DNA of 24,000 bases, taken from positions 43,616 through 67,615 of the forward strand of contig JAEUMT010000031.1 in the NCBI GenBank assembly GCA_016791365.1, read 5' to 3'. Made by a program: the position numbers and the translations under genes. Source of the stretch: Hyphomonadaceae bacterium. GTDB taxonomy: Bacteria; Pseudomonadota; Alphaproteobacteria; Caulobacterales; Aquidulcibacteraceae. Positions 20,198 to 24,000 of the stretch are shown piece after piece (the first letter of the stretch is position 1; each line of letters begins with the position of its first letter). A model generated the notes under the pieces. The model made no database searches. It was given only the letters and a program-made list of their open reading frames with translations, and was not told the DNA's origin.

Positions 20198-21565
20198 TCA
20201 CCTTTTGCCCGAGAGATATTCGATCAAGTCGATCTTTGAAATGACGCCGACGACATTCGAAGAATCGACAACGACCGCGACATTGTCGGCGGCAAAGATA
20301 TGGAAAAGCTCTTCGATGCGCGCCTTCGGATAGATGAGACCGCCAATGGGCGCCGCGACCGTCTTTGCCGGCGCATTCAAATCGAAGTCACGCTTTTGCA
20401 TCTTCGAGAGGATGTCGCTCTCATGGATGATGGCGTTGAGCTTGCCGCGCTCGATCAGCGGAATTTGGCTGACGCCGTTCTCGCGCATCAGATTAACCAC
20501 CGATTTGATCGAAGCATCCGCATCGGCGGTGATCGGCTTGGTCTTCAGGTTTTTCAGCAGTTCTTCGACAAAACCCAGTTCACGTTCGGTTTCGGTGAAG
20601 CCGTGCTCCTTCATCCAAGCGTCGTTCAGGAACTTCGAGACGTAGCGGTTGCCGTGGTCCGGCAAAACCGTGAGCACGACTTTACCCGGGCCAAGCTCCT
20701 TGGCGATCTCGATGGCGACGTGGACGTTCGAGCCCGACGAGCCACCGCAGAAGAGCCCCTCTTCGCGCACCAGGCGGCGCGCCATGACGAAGCTGTCGCG
20801 GTCGTTCACTTGGCGCATGTCATCGACGACGGAGAAATCCATGGCGCGGCATTCGATGTCTTCGCCAATGCCTTCGACCATATAGACGTGCGCGGTCGGC
20901 AGCGTCTTGGTGTGGAAGAGATGATAGTGCACCGAACCCAGCGGGTCGGCGCCGATGATCTTCACGTTCGGCGCGTGCTCTTTCAGGTAGCGGCCGACGC
21001 CCGAAACCGTACCACCGGTGCCGGTGCCGCCGACGAAGGCGTCGAACTTGCCGCCGTCCGTATCTTCGAAGATTTCCTTGCCGGTCGAATGATAGTGCGC
21101 GTCGATGTTCCAGGATGAGTGATACTGATCGACGTAGAAGGCGCCGGGCGTGTCTTCAGCGATCTTCTTGGCGACGTTAACGTAGTGCTCGGGCGAGTCA
21201 CCCGGAACGTCCGTCGGCGTGATGATGACTTCGGCGCCGTAAGCCTTTAGCGAATCCTGTTTCTCCTTCGACATCTTGTCGGGCATCGTGAAGATGCAGC
21301 GATAGCCTTTGATCGCCGCCGCCATTGCCAGACCTTGGCCCGTGTTGCCGGAGGTGTTTTCAACGATGAGGCCTCCGGGCTTCAGGATGCCCTGCTTTTC
21401 AGCCTGGTCGATGATGTAGTTAGCCATGCGGTCTTTGATTGAGCCGGCCGGGTTCAAGTACTCGCACTTCACCCAAACTTCCGCAGCACCGGGCGGCACA
21501 ACGCGGTTGAGCTTCACGAGCGGCGTGTTGCCGATCGCGGCAAGGATATTGGGCTTCAAACGCAT
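20198..21565 (-). CDS. Cystathionine beta-synthase with C-terminal tandem CBS (Bateman) domains
   Basis: Start at internal ATG 21565 (MRLKPNILAAIGNTPLVKLNR), giving 455 aa. PLP-lysine motif NPAGSIKDR and glycine loop GGTGTGGTVSG. The C-terminal CBS pair includes VSQIPLIERGKLNAIIHESDIL and VAVVVDSSNVVGVISKIDLIEYL. The upstream 52 codons of the ORF look non-homologous. Confidence 0.88.
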   Translation of the reverse strand: MRLKPNILAAIGNTPLVKLNRVVPPGAAEVWVKCEYLNPAGSIKDRMANYIIDQAEKQGILKPGGLIVENTSGNTGQGLAMAAAIKGYRCIFTMPDKMSKEKQDSLKAYGAEVIITPTDVPGDSPEHYVNVAKKIAEDTPGAFYVDQYHSSWNIDAHYHSTGKEIFEDTDGGKFDAFVGGTGTGGTVSGVGRYLKEHAPNVKIIGADPLGSVHYHLFHTKTLPTAHVYMVEGIGEDIECRAMDFSVVDDMRQVNDRDSFVMARRLVREEGLFCGGSSGSNVHVAIEIAKELGPGKVVLTVLPDHGNRYVSKFLNDAWMKEHGFTETERELGFVEELLKNLKTKPITADADASIKSVVNLMRENGVSQIPLIERGKLNAIIHESDILSKMQKRDFDLNAPAKTVAAPIGGLIYPKARIEELFHIFAADNVAVVVDSSNVVGVISKIDLIEYLSGKR

Positions 21566-21724
21566 TCGGCGGAATCCTGGGAAATTTGATTGGCCGGGGT
21601 TTAGAGCGGCGCGGCCGGAAAAGCCACCAAGGACCGCCGCCATCCAGGCGGCAAACCCGCGAAACTCCCTTCCATCTTTGCAGTTGGGAACGACGGCCGG
21701 CCGGACACCGGCGGTCCGCACTCC

Positions 21725-22636
21725 TCAGGCCCGCCCGATCCGCTTGATTTCCCATTCGAGTTCTATGCCGTGCTTGGCCTTTACCGCGGCCCGGACGTCC
21801 TCACCCAGGCCCTCAATATCGGCGGCCGTGGCGTCGCCGGTATTGATCAGGAAATTCGCGTGCAGTTCACTCACCTGCGCACCGCCGTGGCGATAGCCGC
21901 GCATGCCGGCTTCGTCGTTCAGCCTCCAAGCCGAAAGCTTCTCACCGTCGGGACCAATCGGATTCTTGAAGGTCGACCCGCCGGTCTTCTCGCGGATCGG
22001 CTGCGAAGCTTCGCGGCGCGACGTGATCTCAGCCATGCGGCTAGCTACGGCGGCTGGATCGTCCGGCGCGCCCTGATAGGTCGCATCGAGGAAGATCAGC
22101 CCATCCGGCAGTGCGTTGTGGCGGTAGGTGAAACCGAAGTCGCCATTGCTTAGGGTGACGCGCTTGCCTTGACGGTCCATTGCCGTCGCTTCGATCAGCA
22201 CGTCCTTGGTCTCGCTGCCATAACAGCCTGCGTTCATCGTCAGCGCGCCACCGATCGTGCCCGGGATGCCCGCGTAAAACTCGAGCTTGCCGATCCCCGC
22301 CTTCGCGGCGGCCTTCGCCACCATCGCGTCGAGCGCGCCGGCGCCGGCCCTCACCCGCGCGCCGTCCAGTGTTTCGATCTGCGCCCATTGGCGCCCAGCC
22401 AGGCGGATCACGACGCCGGGCACGCCGCCGTCGCGGACGATCAGATTTGAGCCAACGCCGATCGGCAGCACCGGCACGTCCGGTTTCAATTGAGACAAAA
22501 ACGCGGAGAGATCGTCCTGATCGGCCGGAAGGAAAAGCGCGTCAGCGGGGCCGCCGACACGAAACCAAGTAAATGGCGCCAGCGTTTCGCCCCGCAGAAG
22601 CTGGCCACGCACCTGCGGAAGGTCGAGTTCACTCAT
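21725..22636 (-). CDS. murB: UDP-N-acetylenolpyruvoylglucosamine reductase MurB
   Basis: FAD-binding PCMH-domain motifs ([23 protein letters not shown]) and the C-terminal GGSTFKNP and HANFLIN motifs. 303 aa. Confidence 0.95.
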   Translation of the reverse strand: MSELDLPQVRGQLLRGETLAPFTWFRVGGPADALFLPADQDDLSAFLSQLKPDVPVLPIGVGSNLIVRDGGVPGVVIRLAGRQWAQIETLDGARVRAGAGALDAMVAKAAAKAGIGKLEFYAGIPGTIGGALTMNAGCYGSETKDVLIEATAMDRQGKRVTLSNGDFGFTYRHNALPDGLIFLDATYQGAPDDPAAVASRMAEITSRREASQPIREKTGGSTFKNPIGPDGEKLSAWRLNDEAGMRGYRHGGAQVSELHANFLINTGDATAADIEGLGEDVRAAVKAKHGIELEWEIKRIGRA

Positions 22637-22738
22637 TGTTGATTGGGTATCGCAGGCTTTTGAGCCCCGTCAACGCAGGCTCCCGCTCGCGCAGCGCGGC
22701 GGAGCGCCCCATAGTGTAGGCCAAGGAGGCCGTACCTG

Positions 22739-23107
22739 ATGCTACGGATTTTCGCTTCCATTCTCTGCCTTTGGACACTGGCCGCATGCGCCAGCACCGA
22801 AACAGCGAGTACTGACACCGCCGGCGGCAGCGAGTGCTTCCGCAGCGAGCAGGTCACCGGCTACAGCGTGGTCGACAACAACCACGTCAAACTCAGCGTC
22901 GGCGCCAGCCGCGACTACATCCTGACCACGACGTGGAACGCCCGCGACCTGGACTGGACACAAGCGATCGCAATCCGTTCGTCGACAGGCCGCATCTGCA
23001 CGGGCAACGGCCTGGGCGTGGAATTGATTGGCGGCACGCCGCAACGTAATTATCCTATTTCACAAATCACGCGCGCGCCGGACGACAACCCGGTCGAGGG
23101 CAGCTAA
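22739..23107 (+). CDS. Small lipoprotein, paralog 1 of a tandem pair (DUF-type, unknown function)
   Basis: GGAGG 9 nt upstream of the ATG. Lipobox LWTLAAC. Core shared with the next gene: CFR..V.GY.VVD...V.L.....Y......N.RD.D.T......SS.G..C.G..LGV.L..G......RAP. Confidence 0.7.
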   Translation: MLRIFASILCLWTLAACASTETASTDTAGGSECFRSEQVTGYSVVDNNHVKLSVGASRDYILTTTWNARDLDWTQAIAIRSSTGRICTGNGLGVELIGGTPQRNYPISQITRAPDDNPVEGS

Positions 23108-23122
23108 TCCACGGAGACCTGA

Positions 23123-23488
23123 ATGCTTCGCCTCTGCCTGGTACTGGCAGCACTAAGTTTGGGCGCGTGTGCGTCATCGACTGAGAGCACGGAAGCGAGC
23201 GATGCGCGCGATTGTTTTCGCACCTTCGACGTTCGCGGGTACGGCGTCGTCGATGACCACCGGGTGCGGCTGCGCATCAATTCCCGGCGCGCCTATATCG
23301 TGACCATCCGGGAAAACACGCGCGACTTCGACATAACGAGCCCGCTCTCGGTGCAGTCGTCGTCAGGCTTCGTCTGCGTCGGCGACACGTTGGGCGTGCG
23401 CCTCGTACGCGGCGACGATCACTTCCCTTCGCTGGTTACAGCGGTGGAGCGGGCGCCGCCCAATACGGAAGCCGCACAGGAAAACTAG
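23123..23488 (+). CDS. Small lipoprotein, paralog 2 of a tandem pair
   Basis: Lipobox LSLGAC. Roughly 35-40% identity, by eye, to the preceding ORF over the mature region, including two conserved Cys. Only 15 nt separate the two genes. Confidence 0.7.
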   Translation: MLRLCLVLAALSLGACASSTESTEASDARDCFRTFDVRGYGVVDDHRVRLRINSRRAYIVTIRENTRDFDITSPLSVQSSSGFVCVGDTLGVRLVRGDDHFPSLVTAVERAPPNTEAAQEN

Positions 23489-24000
23489 GCGCTGACCGGA
23501 AGCCCGGCGCGCAGCGCGATCCGCCCAAGCGCGCCCTGTACGATAACATCGAGCTGACTCTTCGGCTGATAGTCAGCCGGCGCGACGTAGCTGACGCGAT
23601 CTTCCGCGATGAGGCGCGTGATCTTGTCCAAGCTGCGCGGCTCGGTCCATTGGTACGGATCAAGCACCGCGATCGCGCAGCCGCCTTGGCTGGTCACCAT
23701 CTTCATTGACGGAATATCGGTATCGCCGTCGCCGATGAAGATCATCCGTTCGAACGGCAGCTCGCGCGCATCATTGTGCATCCACCGGTTGACCGCTTCG
23801 GTATCGTGGACATTGTCGATGCCCTTATTGATGCGGAAGAGAAACTGCGTCTTCGTCGTGTAATTGATCGCGACGCCCGGCCAGCGTGCCTCGCCTTTCG
23901 CGTCATAGAGAAAGCGCGACGCAAACACTTGGCGGAAACGCGGGAAAAGCCTGCAGCCCTCGATCATCTCGTGAATGCCGGATGAGATGACGTAATGGTC
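23485..24000 (-). CDS. HAD-superfamily hydrolase-like protein, C-terminal part; 5' end outside the window
   Basis: The frame stays open upstream of the listed Met to the window edge (DHYVISSGIHEMIEG...). VISSG resembles HAD motif II and IFIGDGDTDIPSMKMV resembles HAD motif IV (GDGxxD). Confidence 0.6.
   Translation of the reverse strand, partial: DHYVISSGIHEMIEGCRLFPRFRQVFASRFLYDAKGEARWPGVAINYTTKTQFLFRINKGIDNVHDTEAVNRWMHNDARELPFERMIFIGDGDTDIPSMKMVTSQGGCAIAVLDPYQWTEPRSLDKITRLIAEDRVSYVAPADYQPKSQLDVIVQGALGRIALRAGLPVSA

Noticed and set aside
20018-20333. Small ORFs 20018..20239 (+) and 20121..20333 (+) crossing the CBS-lyase intergenic region.
   Set aside because: They are read through the palindromic REP-like element and into the antisense of flanking genes. 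This is the classic mis-annotation of such repeats.
21566-21724. A possible SAM-II or SAH riboswitch ahead of the CBS gene. The leader begins GAGGAGUGCGGACC, reminiscent of the SAH GAGGAGCGCUGCGAC start.
   Set aside because: The rest of the SAH core as I recall it (AGGCUCGG and the closing GCGCUC) is absent. So is the SAM-II GCUU...AAAGC pseudoknot pairing. The resemblance is limited to a short G-rich stretch.

Overview
High-GC chromosomal segment that reads as alphaproteobacterial (Caulobacter-like FtsZ with a long Pro-rich linker, a TTAA-N7-TTAA box and a GANTC cluster). The backbone is the distal end of the dcw cell-wall and division cluster plus its usual neighbours, all on the minus strand: murB, ddl, ftsQ, ftsA, ftsZ, lpxC, bamD, ligA. 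These calls rest on clear family motifs.

The backbone is unusually fragmented. (1) A cystathionine beta-synthase, a cystathionine gamma-lyase-like enzyme and a POT peptide transporter sit between murB and ddl. (2) A glycosyltransferase family 4 gene, a GDE_C (amylo-alpha-1,6-glucosidase-like) gene and a small lipoprotein gene sit between ftsA and ftsZ, breaking the normally invariant ftsA-ftsZ adjacency. (3) An Ala-rich 570-aa TPR-like protein lies between ftsZ and lpxC. (4) murB is not preceded by murC but by two tandem paralogous lipoprotein genes.

The left flank carries a partial M20 peptidase, a membrane protein translationally coupled to an NTF2/SnoaL-like protein, and a four-loop EF-hand protein. 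The right edge carries a partial HAD-like hydrolase.

Non-coding signals seen directly: a perfect TTAA-N7-TTAA box and three GANTC sites in front of ftsZ; a 97-bp imperfect palindromic REP/MITE-like element inside the transsulfuration operon; two convergent gene pairs sharing a CTAG double stop; a GGTT-type G-run tract at the ddl ribosome-binding site; and several hairpins and palindromes.

I see no CRISPR array, tRNA or rRNA, integrase, transposase or recognisable defence system. I cannot honestly claim a clear novel multi-gene system. The best candidates for undescribed biology are the GT4 plus GDE_C module embedded between ftsA and ftsZ, and the TPR protein beside ftsZ.
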